In this document: positions 8,916 to 19,221 of the stretch, piece after piece
Layout of the letters: each line of letters starts with the position of its first letter
Position numbering within the stretch: position 1 is the first letter of the stretch
Assembly: GCA_963721805.1 (NCBI GenBank)
Contig: CAVRJY010000001.1
Span: 960,001-1,024,000 of the forward strand
Source of the DNA: Nitrospirota bacterium
GTDB taxonomy: Bacteria; Nitrospirota; Thermodesulfovibrionia; Thermodesulfovibrionales; JdFR-86
Length of the DNA: 64,000 bases
Direction: 5' to 3'
Made by a program: the position numbers and the translations under genes
The notes under the pieces: model-generated
What the model was told of the DNA's origin: nothing
The model's database searches: none
What the model saw: only the letters and a program-made list of their open reading frames with translations

Positions 8916-9809
8916 ATGCTCCTGCAGCAGATCATCAACGGCCTGACGCTCGGGGGCGTATATGCCCTGATAGCGCTTGGCTATACGATGGTCTACGGGA
9001 TACTGGAGCTCATCAACTTCGCCCACGGCGAGATCTACATGCTCGGGGCGTACCTGACGATCATCATCTTCGGGCTGATGACCGCATGGGGCATGGGCCC
9101 GGCCGCGGCTATCGGCCTCACGCTTCTGCTTTCGGTTACGTTCACAGGGGCGTACGGATTTGCGGTCGAGCGGCTCGCGTACCGCCCGCTTCGGCACTCG
9201 CCGCGCCTGACTCCTCTTATCAGCGCCATCGGCATATCTATCTTCCTCCAAAACTACGTTATGCTCACGCAGGGAGCGACCGACAAGGTCTTCGCCCACT
9301 CGTTCGGCTCCGGGGGCATCGAGCTTGCGGGGGCGAGGGTCACCTATATGCAGCTCGTCATACTCGCTGTATCGGGCTCTCTGATGGCGGGGCTGCACCT
9401 GTTCGTCAAGGGTACCCGCTACGGCAAGGCGATGAAGGCCGCGGCGCAGGACAAAACGATGGCCGCGCTCGTCGGGATCAACGTCGATACGGTCATATCG
9501 CTTACGTTCGTGATAGGCTCAGGGCTCGCGGCCGTGGCTGGCATGATGGTAGTTCTGTATTATGGCGCGGTCAATTACTATATCGGCTACATCGCGGGCA
9601 TCAAGGCGTTTACCGCAGCGGTGCTCGGCGGCATAGGGAGCATCCCCGGCGCGGTCGTAGGCGGGCTGGTGCTCGGGCTCGTCGAGAGCCTGGGGGCCAG
9701 CTATCTCTCTAGCGAATACAAGGACGCATATGCCTTCATCATCCTGATCGTGATACTGCTGATCAAGCCTACCGGGATCTTCGGCGCGAACGCCGAGGAC
9801 AAGATATGA
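8916..9809 (+). CDS. livH: Branched-chain amino acid ABC permease
   Basis: QQIINGLTLGGVYALIALGYTMVYG, INFAHGE, AAVLGGIG. Confidence 0.93.
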   Translation: MLLQQIINGLTLGGVYALIALGYTMVYGILELINFAHGEIYMLGAYLTIIIFGLMTAWGMGPAAAIGLTLLLSVTFTGAYGFAVERLAYRPLRHSPRLTPLISAIGISIFLQNYVMLTQGATDKVFAHSFGSGGIELAGARVTYMQLVILAVSGSLMAGLHLFVKGTRYGKAMKAAAQDKTMAALVGINVDTVISLTFVIGSGLAAVAGMMVVLYYGAVNYYIGYIAGIKAFTAAVLGGIGSIPGAVVGGLVLGLVESLGASYLSSEYKDAYAFIILIVILLIKPTGIFGANAEDKI

Positions 9810-10894
9810 GCCTCGCCAGGGCGCTGCTGGTCGCCCTCGGCTTCGCGCTGCTCTTTCTGCCGTTTAAGGGAATAAGCGGCGCGCTGTGGATGTTCGGGGT
9901 GCTTGCGGTCTCGATCCCGGCGTTTAAGGGGCTGGGCCGGCTTGCATCGAGGCGGACGTTCCGGCTGCCGCTGGTCCCGAAGGTCAATCCCATGGTTTTA
10001 TACGCGGCCACCCTCGCGTCGTTGCTTTGCGTGCCGCTGGTGGCGGGCGGGTACGTGATCGACGTGCTCGTGCTCGCGTGCATATACGTGATTCTGGCCG
10101 AGGGGCTTAACGTTGTGGTCGGCTTTAGCGGGATGCTGAGTCTCGGTTTTGTGGCGTTTTATGCGATAGGGGCATACGCTTATGCGCTCCTTACGACGGA
10201 TGCGGGGATCGGCTTTTGGGTCGCGATGCCTGTAAGCGCGGTGGTCGCGGCCTTGGCCGGTGGGCTTCTGGCGCTTCCGGCCCTCAGGCTGCGGGGGGAT
10301 TACCTCGCACTCGTGACGCTCGGTTTCGGCGAGATCGTGCGGCTGGTGCTCAACAACTGGGACTCGGTCACCCACGGCCCCAACGGCATATCCGGCATCC
10401 CGCGCCCGGCGCTTGCCGGCTTCGGCCTCGACAGGCTCGAGCACTACTACTACCTTGCGCTCATGATGGTCGTCGTCTCGCTTGCGGTAATCAGAAACGT
10501 CCGCGAATCGAAGATCGGGCGGGCCTGGGTCGCGATCCGCGAGGACGAGATAGCGGCCTCGGCCTCGGGCATAAACACCCTGCTCTATAAATTCTACGCC
10601 AACGCATTCGGCGCGTTCTTCGCCGGGCTGGCCGGGGTGCTCTATGCCGCGAAGATGCAATTTATCTCGCCCGAGAGCTTTTCCTTTTTTGAGTCCGTGA
10701 TCGTGCTTTGCATGGTCATCCTCGGAGGGCTCGGGAGCATCACGGGCGTCGTGCTGGGGGCGACCCTGCTGGTCGTGCTGCCGGAGATGCTCCGGGACGT
10801 GCAGGCATACCGCATGCTGGTGCTCGGGGCCGGGCTCGTCGCGCTGATGATATTCAGGCCGCAGGGGATTATGGGGCGAAGGCATGCTTCTTGA
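9806..10894 (+). CDS. livM: Branched-chain amino acid ABC permease
   Basis: GLNVVVG, LRLRGDYLALVTLGFGEI, GRAWVAIREDE. Confidence 0.93.
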   Translation: MSLARALLVALGFALLFLPFKGISGALWMFGVLAVSIPAFKGLGRLASRRTFRLPLVPKVNPMVLYAATLASLLCVPLVAGGYVIDVLVLACIYVILAEGLNVVVGFSGMLSLGFVAFYAIGAYAYALLTTDAGIGFWVAMPVSAVVAALAGGLLALPALRLRGDYLALVTLGFGEIVRLVLNNWDSVTHGPNGISGIPRPALAGFGLDRLEHYYYLALMMVVVSLAVIRNVRESKIGRAWVAIREDEIAASASGINTLLYKFYANAFGAFFAGLAGVLYAAKMQFISPESFSFFESVIVLCMVILGGLGSITGVVLGATLLVVLPEMLRDVQAYRMLVLGAGLVALMIFRPQGIMGRRHAS

Positions 10895-11642
10895 GCTCAG
10901 GGGCGTAGTCAAGCACTTCGGCGGGCTGCACGCCATCGAGGACGTCTCGTTCAGGGTGCGCGGGGGCGAGATAGTGAGCGTCATAGGCCCAAACGGCGCG
11001 GGCAAGACCACGCTGTTTAACTGCATAACCGGGTTTACGCGCCCGACCGGCGGCGCGGTGCTCTTCGGCGGCGCGGACATCACCGGGCTTAAGCCCCACA
11101 GGGTCAGCGCCGCGGGGATAGCGCGCACCTTTCAGAACATCAGGCTCTTTAAGGAGATGAGCGCCGTGGAAAACGTGATGGTCGCCGCGCACGGCTCGAT
11201 CGAGACCGGGTTTCTCTCGGCCGTGTTTCGCACGGGAGGGTTCGCTAGGAAGGAGCGCTCTGCGCGCGAGGGCGCGATGGAGCTCCTCTCCCTGGTCGGC
11301 ATCGGGAGGTACGCGGACAATGAGGCGGGCTCGCTCCCATACGGAGACCAGCGCAGGCTCGAGATCGCCCGCGCGCTGGCCTCGGAGCCTCGTCTGATCC
11401 TGCTTGACGAGCCCGCGGCCGGGATGAACCCGCAGGAGACCGGCGAGGCCATCGAGCTCATACGCAAGCTCAAGCTCATGGGCAAGACCGTCGTGCTGAT
11501 CGAGCACGACATGAACGTCGTGATGGGCATCTCCGACAGCATCGTGGTGCTGGACCACGGGGTGAAGATCGCCGAGGGCGCGCCGGATGCGATCAGGCGC
11601 GACCCGCTCGTGATCGAGGCCTACCTCGGCAGGGAGATATAG
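10884..11642 (+). CDS. livG: Branched-chain amino acid ABC ATPase
   Basis: GPNGAGKT, ARTFQNIRLF, LPYG, LDEPAAG. Confidence 0.93.
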   Translation: MLLELRGVVKHFGGLHAIEDVSFRVRGGEIVSVIGPNGAGKTTLFNCITGFTRPTGGAVLFGGADITGLKPHRVSAAGIARTFQNIRLFKEMSAVENVMVAAHGSIETGFLSAVFRTGGFARKERSAREGAMELLSLVGIGRYADNEAGSLPYGDQRRLEIARALASEPRLILLDEPAAGMNPQETGEAIELIRKLKLMGKTVVLIEHDMNVVMGISDSIVVLDHGVKIAEGAPDAIRRDPLVIEAYLGREI

Positions 11643-12350
11643 GTGCTCGTACTTAAAGACATACGCGCCTCATACGGCCAGATCGAGGCCCTGAAGGGCG
11701 TGAGCCTCGAGGTCCGCGAACGCGAGATAGTCTCGCTCATCGGCTCTAACGGGGCCGGCAAGTCCACGACGCTCATGACCATATCGGGCATCCTCAGGCA
11801 GCGCTCCGGGGGCATCGAGTTCGAGGGCAGGGACCTTAGCGGCGCCCCGGCGCACGAGATCGTGGCTATGGGCATCGGGCAGGTGCCTGAGGGCCGGAGG
11901 ATATTCCCGCGCCTCACGGTGCGCGAGAACCTCGAGATGGGCGCGTTCCTTAAGCCAAAGGCCGAGCTGGAGGCGCTCTACGAGAGGGTATACGCGCTGT
12001 TCCCGCTGCTTAGGGAGCGCACGGCCCAGATGGGCGGCACCCTTAGCGGCGGCGAACAGCAGATGCTCGCGATAGGCCGCGCGCTGATGAGCGCTCCGCG
12101 CGTCCTGCTGCTCGATGAGCCCTCGCTCGGGCTCGCGCCGATAATGGTGCGGAAGATCTTCCGCACGATCAGGGAGATTAACGCAGAGGGCGTGACCGTG
12201 CTGCTGGTCGAGCAGAACGCGCGCGCTGCGCTTAGCCTCTCGGACCGCGCATACGTGCTCGAGGGCGGCAGGATTACGCTTGAGGGCACGGGTGCTGAGC
12301 TCCTGCATAACGACGAGGTCCGCCGGGCATACCTGGGCGGCGGGGCGTAA
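11643..12350 (+). CDS. livF: Branched-chain amino acid ABC ATPase
   Basis: GSNGAGKS, VPEGRRIF, LSGGEQQM, DEPSLGLAP. Confidence 0.93.
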   Translation: MLVLKDIRASYGQIEALKGVSLEVREREIVSLIGSNGAGKSTTLMTISGILRQRSGGIEFEGRDLSGAPAHEIVAMGIGQVPEGRRIFPRLTVRENLEMGAFLKPKAELEALYERVYALFPLLRERTAQMGGTLSGGEQQMLAIGRALMSAPRVLLLDEPSLGLAPIMVRKIFRTIREINAEGVTVLLVEQNARAALSLSDRAYVLEGGRITLEGTGAELLHNDEVRRAYLGGGA

Positions 12351-12359
12351 GAGCAGGTC

Positions 12360-13370
12360 TTACTGCTGCTCCCGCTCGGGCCGCAGGGCGCGCCAGAGCC
12401 TGATCGCCACGAGAATGATGGCGGTAATGAGCCCCGTGAAGATCGTGATTATGCCGAGCTGCAGCAGGGGGAGCCCGGGGTCGCGTGCCGCTTCGAGCTG
12501 CACCCAGTACGAGGGCTCCTGGAACGAGAGCGTGTAGCCGTCAAACGATATCGGCCCGGCGCCGGAGTTGCCGTCGAAAACCGTGGTGTCGCCCTTGACT
12601 ATCTTCAGGCCGTAGAGCGGATGTTTCATGTGATAGGTCTTGATCTTCTCGTCCCCGCGTTCCTTGACCTCGTTTGGCAGGACGCGGAGCGAAAACACGT
12701 AAGGCAGGCCCTGGAGCTTGAAGTCGTCCGTGGCCCCGGGGGGCAGGAGCCTGAGCGACACGAGCCCGTCCTGCAGCGTCTCGCCGGCCGCATTGCGCAG
12801 CAGGAGCGAGGGCGCCATGTCCACGAACAGTATGTGATAGTAGGTCGTGCCGATGCGCGTCGGAGGGAACGCCTCTATGGTTTTGGTCGAGCCGTCGTCC
12901 TTTTGCGCGGTGATCTTTGGCGCGTACTGGAATATCCCGCTCCCGGTGTCCGTGGCGTGCTCTCCGAGGCCTGCGTCGAGGCGCTCGACCGTAAAGCCTG
13001 CATCGTGCCAGGGCGGCGAGACCGCAGTGCCTTCAGCCACCGCCAGCTTGTCGCTATGGCGCAGAGAGGCGCTCAGCAGGAATCCAATAAGAAATATGAT
13101 AACGCCCGCGGGGAGCACCACCCAGAGGGCGAACCTGAGCCTGCTTTCCCTGAAGCGCGCGATGCCCTGGCGCGCCGTAACGCCGATCACGCACAGGACG
13201 AACAGGATATATATCGCCTGGACCGCCTTGAACTCGCTCAACAGGCCGATATAGCTGGCAAAGGCCTCCGTGCCCCATACTGCCCACGTGACATAGAAAA
13301 TCGCCCAGCCGATCACGAGAGCGCCGAGCGTCCGGCCGGACGTGAATATCGACAGGAGTCTCCTCATCAT
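12360..13370 (-). CDS. Membrane protein with ResB/Ccs1-like architecture
   Basis: Three N-terminal TM helices, large soluble loop, RDPG followed by a C-terminal TM helix. Confidence 0.55.
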   Translation of the reverse strand: MMRRLLSIFTSGRTLGALVIGWAIFYVTWAVWGTEAFASYIGLLSEFKAVQAIYILFVLCVIGVTARQGIARFRESRLRFALWVVLPAGVIIFLIGFLLSASLRHSDKLAVAEGTAVSPPWHDAGFTVERLDAGLGEHATDTGSGIFQYAPKITAQKDDGSTKTIEAFPPTRIGTTYYHILFVDMAPSLLLRNAAGETLQDGLVSLRLLPPGATDDFKLQGLPYVFSLRVLPNEVKERGDEKIKTYHMKHPLYGLKIVKGDTTVFDGNSGAGPISFDGYTLSFQEPSYWVQLEAARDPGLPLLQLGIITIFTGLITAIILVAIRLWRALRPEREQQ

Positions 13371-14740
13371 CGCTCACCGCCCTTCGGGCCGCCTGAGCGG
13401 GCATCGGCCCAGCGCGCGTCGATCTCCGAGGTCTGGATGCGGATGTCGCGGTCGTTTATCTCAGCCTTGAGCGGGATGGGGTTGCAGCCGCCGGGCCTGC
13501 CCAGCGTGGAGGTGGATATCGGGGTCCTGCAGAACATGCAGACCACGAAACCCGTGCTCTGGCCGTATCCCTCGGGCGGGCATATCTCGCAGGCATCCAG
13601 GCATACAGCGAGCTTGTCGTCGGGTTTTTTCATCACGAAAAATCTAACTTCGCCCTCCGGCCGCATGATGACGAACTTGTGGATCTTCCCGTCGCGGAGG
13701 TCCATCGTGGGGTCGGTGAGCGGTATCACGACCGAGCCCTTATCTTCGACCACGGGCTTCGGTGCGGGGGCGTACAGGATCGAGACCTCTCCCCGGCTGC
13801 TCGCCGATATCCACGAGGCCAGCACCACGGCGACGAATACCATGGCGGCGGCGGACAATTTTAAGCGCGTCCGGCGCGCCTCGGCCCGCAGTATCCTCCT
13901 GTGCGCCCCGGTCGCGGCCTCGTCCACGCCGGGCACAGGCGCAACGTATACCGAATACAGGTATACCGCAGCGGGGCCCGCAAGCAGCGCAAGCGCGACC
14001 GAGAGCCCGAAGTTCGAGCCGAAGAATATGCCGATGAACTTCCAGGTCGTGAGCGTGAGCATCGGGTGGTCCGGCACGAGCAGGAAGACCAGCACCTGGT
14101 GCAGGACGTCGTGCGTGAATTTCATCGCGCCGCGCTCGACCGTCGGGATCAGGGAAAACTCGCTGAGCCCGCTGATGCCCCCTGCCGTGAGCTTGATGAG
14201 CGCCATCATCAGCATGAGCTGCCCGGTGCCTAAAAACCTTGAAAGCGGCCCGGCGAGCCTCATCGGACGAAGCGCGAGCAGGAGCCACGGGAGCGCGAAT
14301 CCGGCCGCGAACGCCGCGTACGTTGAGGCAGGGCTCGCCCTCATCACGCCGGTGTCCCTGAGGTAGACGGCCGCGCTGAGGATGTCGGGCACGAGGTACA
14401 GGGCTATCAGAGCGGCGATGCCCGGCCCGGCGATCCTCTCAAGGGCTGCCGGCATCGTTACTGCTGCAGCGAAGAGACCGATTATCGAGGTCGCGAAAAA
14501 AAGGAAGAAGACGTACCCGACGAGCTGGACGAGCCATGGCCGCAGGGACTGCGCCCCGACGCCAGCCATCACCGCCGCCGAGACCGCCGCAGCGGCAACG
14601 GCGCCGGCCAGCAGCCACCTGAGCAGTTCGCCGCGCCGGGGGCTGTCATTCAGGTACGCCGCCCACAGCAGCCACAGCAGCAGGAGCTTGAAGGCCTCCT
14701 TAAGGCCCAGCGGGCCTATATCAGTAATAATTTGGCTCAT
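13367..14740 (-). CDS. Polytopic membrane protein with C-terminal DUF2318 Cys-rich (putative Fe-S) domain
   Basis: DACEIC...GY...VVCMFC...GGCNPIPL. Confidence 0.85.
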   Translation of the reverse strand: MSQIITDIGPLGLKEAFKLLLLWLLWAAYLNDSPRRGELLRWLLAGAVAAAAVSAAVMAGVGAQSLRPWLVQLVGYVFFLFFATSIIGLFAAAVTMPAALERIAGPGIAALIALYLVPDILSAAVYLRDTGVMRASPASTYAAFAAGFALPWLLLALRPMRLAGPLSRFLGTGQLMLMMALIKLTAGGISGLSEFSLIPTVERGAMKFTHDVLHQVLVFLLVPDHPMLTLTTWKFIGIFFGSNFGLSVALALLAGPAAVYLYSVYVAPVPGVDEAATGAHRRILRAEARRTRLKLSAAAMVFVAVVLASWISASSRGEVSILYAPAPKPVVEDKGSVVIPLTDPTMDLRDGKIHKFVIMRPEGEVRFFVMKKPDDKLAVCLDACEICPPEGYGQSTGFVVCMFCRTPISTSTLGRPGGCNPIPLKAEINDRDIRIQTSEIDARWADARSGGPKGGER

Positions 14741-15398
14741 CTTTTAGAACTTTGCCGTCCTGCATCGTGATCGTGCGCTCAGCCCATTTTGCCACATACG
14801 GGTCGTGGGTTACCAGCACTATGGTGAAGCGCTCGTCTTTGTGCAGGGTCTTTAAGAGCTCCATTATCATAGTCGTGTTCTGCCGGTCGAGGTTCCCGGT
14901 AGGCTCGTCGGCCAGGAGGATGCGGGGGTTGTTCGTCAGTGCGCGCGCGATGCATACCCGCTGCTGCTCTCCGCCGCTGAGCTGCGAGGGCCGGTGTTCG
15001 AGCCTGTGGCCCATCCCGACGCGCTTGAGGGCTTCTATCGCCTCGCCCTCGTCCGTGAGGCTGTGGAAATACTGTGCGAGCATCACGTTTTCGACGCAAG
15101 TCAGGTACGGCACCAAGTGAGACTGCTGAAACACGATCCCGATGTTCTCGCGCCTGAAGCGCGCCATCGCGTCCTCTCCAAGCGGGCAGGTCTCGGTGCT
15201 GTCGATCGTGACGCACCCCCCGGTGGGGCTGTCGAGACCGCCCAGGATGTTCAGCAGCGTGCTCTTGCCCGAGCCCGAGCTTCCCACTATCGCGCACCAC
15301 ATGCCCCGCTCTATGTCTATGTCCACGCCCCGCAGGGCCGCGGCGGTCGAGTATTCTTTCATCAGTCCGCGTATCTCGATAAAGGCCACTTCACTCAC
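14721..15398 (-). CDS. ABC ATPase (LolD/MacB-like)
   Basis: GSSGSGKS, LSGGEQQR, ADEPTGNLD. Confidence 0.92.
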   Translation of the reverse strand: MSEVAFIEIRGLMKEYSTAAALRGVDIDIERGMWCAIVGSSGSGKSTLLNILGGLDSPTGGCVTIDSTETCPLGEDAMARFRRENIGIVFQQSHLVPYLTCVENVMLAQYFHSLTDEGEAIEALKRVGMGHRLEHRPSQLSGGEQQRVCIARALTNNPRILLADEPTGNLDRQNTTMIMELLKTLHKDERFTIVLVTHDPYVAKWAERTITMQDGKVLKDEPNYY

Positions 15399-16488
15399 CC
15401 CTCAGTACCACCGACGCCTTGCGCCGAAGCGCATCGGCGAGCGGCAGGAAACTCGCGAGCATCGCTATCAGGAGCCCAAGGCCCACCGAGAGCGGAGCAA
15501 GATATAACGGCACGCCCACATAGGCGTGAAAGGCCCCCTTTGTCACGGCCTCGGCCCCAAGTGCGCCGACGACGAACCCGGCCACGCCGCCCATGAGCCC
15601 TATGGCCGCGGCCTCGGCCAGGAAAAACCGCCTGATCTCGGCCGTCGTGCCGCCTATGGCGCGCATGAGCCCGATCTCTTTCAGGCGCTCGAGCATCGTT
15701 GCGGTCATCGTGCTCGAAACGCTGATGCTAGTGGCCAGCACGACCACTATGGTTACGAGCCCCATCAGGAGCTCCATCTTGGCCAGGAAAGACTCCTCGG
15801 CCCCCGCGACCTGCTTGAGCGTCTTGACCTCGGCCTGTGGGAGCTTGCCCTTTAGCGAGGCCACCGTGGCCGGCAGCGCATCCGAGCGCACACGGACGAG
15901 CACCGCGCTTATCGCGCCGGGCGCGGCAGCGAGCTCCTGCGCCTCGGCCAGCGGCATCAGCACCGAGTCATCCTCCGGCCCGCCGCGCTCCATAAGCCCG
16001 GATACCCTGTATTCGATCTCGCGCCCGGCGAGGCCGAGCTTGATCGTATCGCCCGTCTTTAGCTTGATCGTCTCGGCCGCGCTCTTGCCTATGAGTGTTT
16101 CGTTGTTGGCTGAGGGAAGGGCTCCGGTGAGCCTCCAGCCCTCGGCCGGGAGCATCTTTGAGGTATCGAGGCCGATCAGCTCCAGAGCTATCCCCCCGGC
16201 CGTGACCGAGGCGTATAGCTGCGGGGAGTAGTCCTCGACCGCAGGCTCGGCCGCGACGGCCTTAAGCGCGGCCTGATCGAGGTAGCCCTCGGCCCGGGAC
16301 ACTATCATGTTGGCCCCGTATGCGCGCAGTTCGCCCCCGAGTTTCTGCCTTATGCCAAGGGATATGCCCAGGGCGCAGACTACTACCGCGGAGGCGATCA
16401 TTATCGAGGCCGATGCGACCGCAACGCGGCCGCGCCTCTGCCCTATCGAGCGCGAAAGGAACCGGAAGAACCATTCCCTGTTTTTCAT
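15391..16488 (-). CDS. FtsX/MacB-type ABC permease
   Basis: ELRAYGAN, ERLKEIGLMRAIG, four-TM layout. Confidence 0.88.
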   Translation of the reverse strand: MKNREWFFRFLSRSIGQRRGRVAVASASIMIASAVVVCALGISLGIRQKLGGELRAYGANMIVSRAEGYLDQAALKAVAAEPAVEDYSPQLYASVTAGGIALELIGLDTSKMLPAEGWRLTGALPSANNETLIGKSAAETIKLKTGDTIKLGLAGREIEYRVSGLMERGGPEDDSVLMPLAEAQELAAAPGAISAVLVRVRSDALPATVASLKGKLPQAEVKTLKQVAGAEESFLAKMELLMGLVTIVVVLATSISVSSTMTATMLERLKEIGLMRAIGGTTAEIRRFFLAEAAAIGLMGGVAGFVVGALGAEAVTKGAFHAYVGVPLYLAPLSVGLGLLIAMLASFLPLADALRRKASVVLRGE

Positions 16489-17726
16489 ACCGCGCCCTTC
16501 AGCACGAGCGCGGGCTTGACCTTGAGCGCCCGGCGTATCGGCAGCAGGCTTCCGAGCGCCGCGATCAGCAGCGCGTTGATGAGCGATACAGGCAGGAGCA
16601 GAGCCCGGCTGGTCAGCGCGGTGCTGAAGACCTGCTGGCCTATGTATGCGGATACGCCGAGGGAGAGCAGGTATCCTATCAGGCCCCCCATGATCCCGAT
16701 GATAAACGCCTCGGAAAGGAATATCAGTATGATGCCCAGGCTGTCGGCCCCGACCGCCTTCATAAGCCCGATCTCGTCGAGCCTTCTAAGCAGGCTGGCC
16801 GCCATGGTCGCGGACATCCCCATCGCGGAGGTCAGGAACGTCGCGGCCGTAAGCAGGTATACGAGCAGGCTCATCCTGCCCAGCACGGTGCCCTCGGTCT
16901 CGGCCACCTGCCATATGGGCTTCGCGCGCCCGCCCTTGAAGACCTCTTCGAGCTGCTTGGCTATCGAGGTGACGTAACCCGTGCAGTACCATTTTTCGTA
17001 CTCCGCCTTGCTCATCGTCGCGGGGTCCTTGTATGCGAAGTCGTCCATCGGCGTGGTGAGGGCGGATATCGTAACGCGTGAGACCGCGCCCGGGACCCCC
17101 AATATGGACTGCAGCTCCGCGAGGTCGAAAAACGCCTGATGGTCCTCGCGCCCCCCGGTCGAGACCGTGCCCGTCACCTTGTAGGGGCGGTCATTGACGC
17201 TTATGGTATCGCCCGCCTTCGCGCCGGTCTCGGAGGCGAGGCTCACGCCGAGCGCCACGCCGGACCCGCCCGGCCATTCGCCCTTGACGTCCCACCACGG
17301 CGCGACCGACTCTATGCCGACCTGGAACTTTTCAGGCTCCCCCGGAAGCGGGATCCCGTGGGAGTACCACGAGCCCACGGCCTGGGTCTCGATCCTCTTT
17401 GCGCCGGAGCCGAGCGTTACCTTGCCGTCCAGAAACGGTGCGAGGCCGAGGATGTTGTGCCGCCAGAAGATCGTCTTGGCCCTTACGAGGTCCTCTTCTC
17501 TCAGGTACCGGCGCTGTCCCGCGATGCCTGCCACGCCCTCGACCTTCGGCTCGACCACTATGTTCGCGCCGAAGGAGCGCAGTTCGCGCGTGACCTTTCC
17601 GGTGATGTCCAGCGAGAGGGTGATCAGGGAGGCCGAGATCGCCGTGCCCATCGCCACCGATATGACCATCAGGGCCATGGCTTTCTTTTGGTTGATGAAG
17701 GATTGCTTGAGGATATTTAAGATCAC
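16485..17726 (-). CDS. FtsX/MacB-type ABC permease
   Basis: ELRSFGAN, WYCTGYVTSIA, EIGLMKAVGA. Confidence 0.88.
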   Translation of the reverse strand: MILNILKQSFINQKKAMALMVISVAMGTAISASLITLSLDITGKVTRELRSFGANIVVEPKVEGVAGIAGQRRYLREEDLVRAKTIFWRHNILGLAPFLDGKVTLGSGAKRIETQAVGSWYSHGIPLPGEPEKFQVGIESVAPWWDVKGEWPGGSGVALGVSLASETGAKAGDTISVNDRPYKVTGTVSTGGREDHQAFFDLAELQSILGVPGAVSRVTISALTTPMDDFAYKDPATMSKAEYEKWYCTGYVTSIAKQLEEVFKGGRAKPIWQVAETEGTVLGRMSLLVYLLTAATFLTSAMGMSATMAASLLRRLDEIGLMKAVGADSLGIILIFLSEAFIIGIMGGLIGYLLSLGVSAYIGQQVFSTALTSRALLLPVSLINALLIAALGSLLPIRRALKVKPALVLKGAV

Positions 17727-17788
17727 AATAAAATTTTAACACACGCGGCGATGTGAACGCCCGCAGGCCTGTCAGCCCAAAAAACGGC

Positions 17789-19039
17789 TTACCTTTTGTA
17801 GGGCGAGGGCAGGGCGGATTTCTGAAACGGCCCGAACACGGTGAGGGCGAGCGGGTTTTCGGCGATCAGGCGTTCGGCCAGCAGCCGGGCCTTCCTGAGC
17901 GTGACTGCCTCGATCCTCTCGATCAGCTCCTGGGGCGTGAAGTTGCGGCCGTAGTACATCTGCTGGTTTGCGATGTGCTGCATGCGGCGGCTCGTGGACT
18001 CCAGCCCGAGCATCAGGTTGCCCTTGAGCTGTTCCTTCGCCCGCTTGAGCTCGTCGCGCGTGATGTTTGCGGGCAGGTTAGAAAACTCGGCGGCAATGCG
18101 CTCCATGACCTCGGGGGCCTTCTTCTGGCTGCACCCGGCGTATACGCCCCACATGCCGTCGTCTTTGTACGACGAGACGAAGGAATAGATCGAATAGGCG
18201 AGGCCGCGCTTTTCGCGGATCTCCTGAAACAGGCGGGAACTCAGGCCGCCGCCGAATAAGGTGTTTATCAGAGAAAGCGCGTAGCGCTCCTCGCTCTGCT
18301 GAGGTATGCCCCGTAGGCCGGTGCAGATATGCGTCTCGGCGAGGTCCTTCTGGTGCACCTCGACCTTGGGCGCGAACTCGTGCACGGCGTGCTTTGGGGG
18401 GGCGGAGGCGCGCCTGAGCCTGCCGAGGCCCTTGTTGAGCTTCTTAAGCAGGGCCTTTTCGTCGAACCTCCCGGCGCAAGAGACTATGGTGTCGGCCGTG
18501 CCGTAGTAGTTGTGGATATGGTCCATGAGCGTCTCGCGCGTGAAGGAGCGGACGGTCTCCCTGCTGCCCAGCACCGGCTGCCCGAGGCCGTAATTGCCCC
18601 AGATGGAGAGGCTGAACAGGTCGTGGATGTAGTCGTCCGGCGTGTCCTCGACCATCTTGATCTCCTCGCGGACGACGCCCTTTTCGCGCTCGATCTCCTC
18701 TTCGGGGAACGTGGAGTTCAGGAAGATGTCGAGCAGCAGGTCGGCGGCGGTATCGAGGTGCTCGTCGAGGACCTTGACGTAATAAGTGGTGCATTCCTTC
18801 GAGGTGAAGGCGTTGAGTTCGCCGCCGAGGGAGTCGATCTCCACGGCGATGCCCTGGGCGTCGTGCTTCTTCGTGCCCTTAAAGAACATATGCTCGGCGA
18901 AGTGCGATATGCCGTTATTCGCGCGGGTCTCGTTGCGCGAGCCGACCTGCACCCAGATGCCGAGCGAGACCGAGCGCATGTTGCGCATCTGTTCGCCCAC
19001 GAAGCATATGCCGTTATCTAGTGTCGCGCGTTTAAACAT
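17789..19039 (-). CDS. M16 family zinc peptidase
   Basis: HFAEH (HxxEH), NAFT, SSRLFQEIREKRGLAY. Confidence 0.93.
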   Translation of the reverse strand: MFKRATLDNGICFVGEQMRNMRSVSLGIWVQVGSRNETRANNGISHFAEHMFFKGTKKHDAQGIAVEIDSLGGELNAFTSKECTTYYVKVLDEHLDTAADLLLDIFLNSTFPEEEIEREKGVVREEIKMVEDTPDDYIHDLFSLSIWGNYGLGQPVLGSRETVRSFTRETLMDHIHNYYGTADTIVSCAGRFDEKALLKKLNKGLGRLRRASAPPKHAVHEFAPKVEVHQKDLAETHICTGLRGIPQQSEERYALSLINTLFGGGLSSRLFQEIREKRGLAYSIYSFVSSYKDDGMWGVYAGCSQKKAPEVMERIAAEFSNLPANITRDELKRAKEQLKGNLMLGLESTSRRMQHIANQQMYYGRNFTPQELIERIEAVTLRKARLLAERLIAENPLALTVFGPFQKSALPSPYKR

Positions 19040-19162
19040 TTCCCTTGCCTTATTCTATCACTTATGGATGCGCCACGGGCAGCCGTTGAAAAATCCCGAG
19101 AGCACCAAAGAGATCGTTGTCAGAGTGGAAGGGGGCCATTCGGCCCCCCACCGGATACTAAT

Positions 19163-19197
19163 CGGCCCCCTCCCCGATAGCTCGGGAGAGAGGGCCG
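19163..19197. terminator. GC-rich hairpin downstream of pnp (possible terminator or processing stem)
   Basis: CGGCCC-CCTCCCCGA-TAGC-TCGGGAGAGAGGGCCG; no long U-tract on the minus strand. Confidence 0.45.
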
Positions 19198-19221
19198 TGC
19201 GGTTCTTTGATTCACTACGGG

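Noticed and set aside
12621..14366. Long antisense ORFs (e.g. 581 aa here, 456 aa at 7568-8938)
   Set aside because: Shadow ORFs typical of high-GC DNA, opposite well-supported genes and without recognisable motifs.
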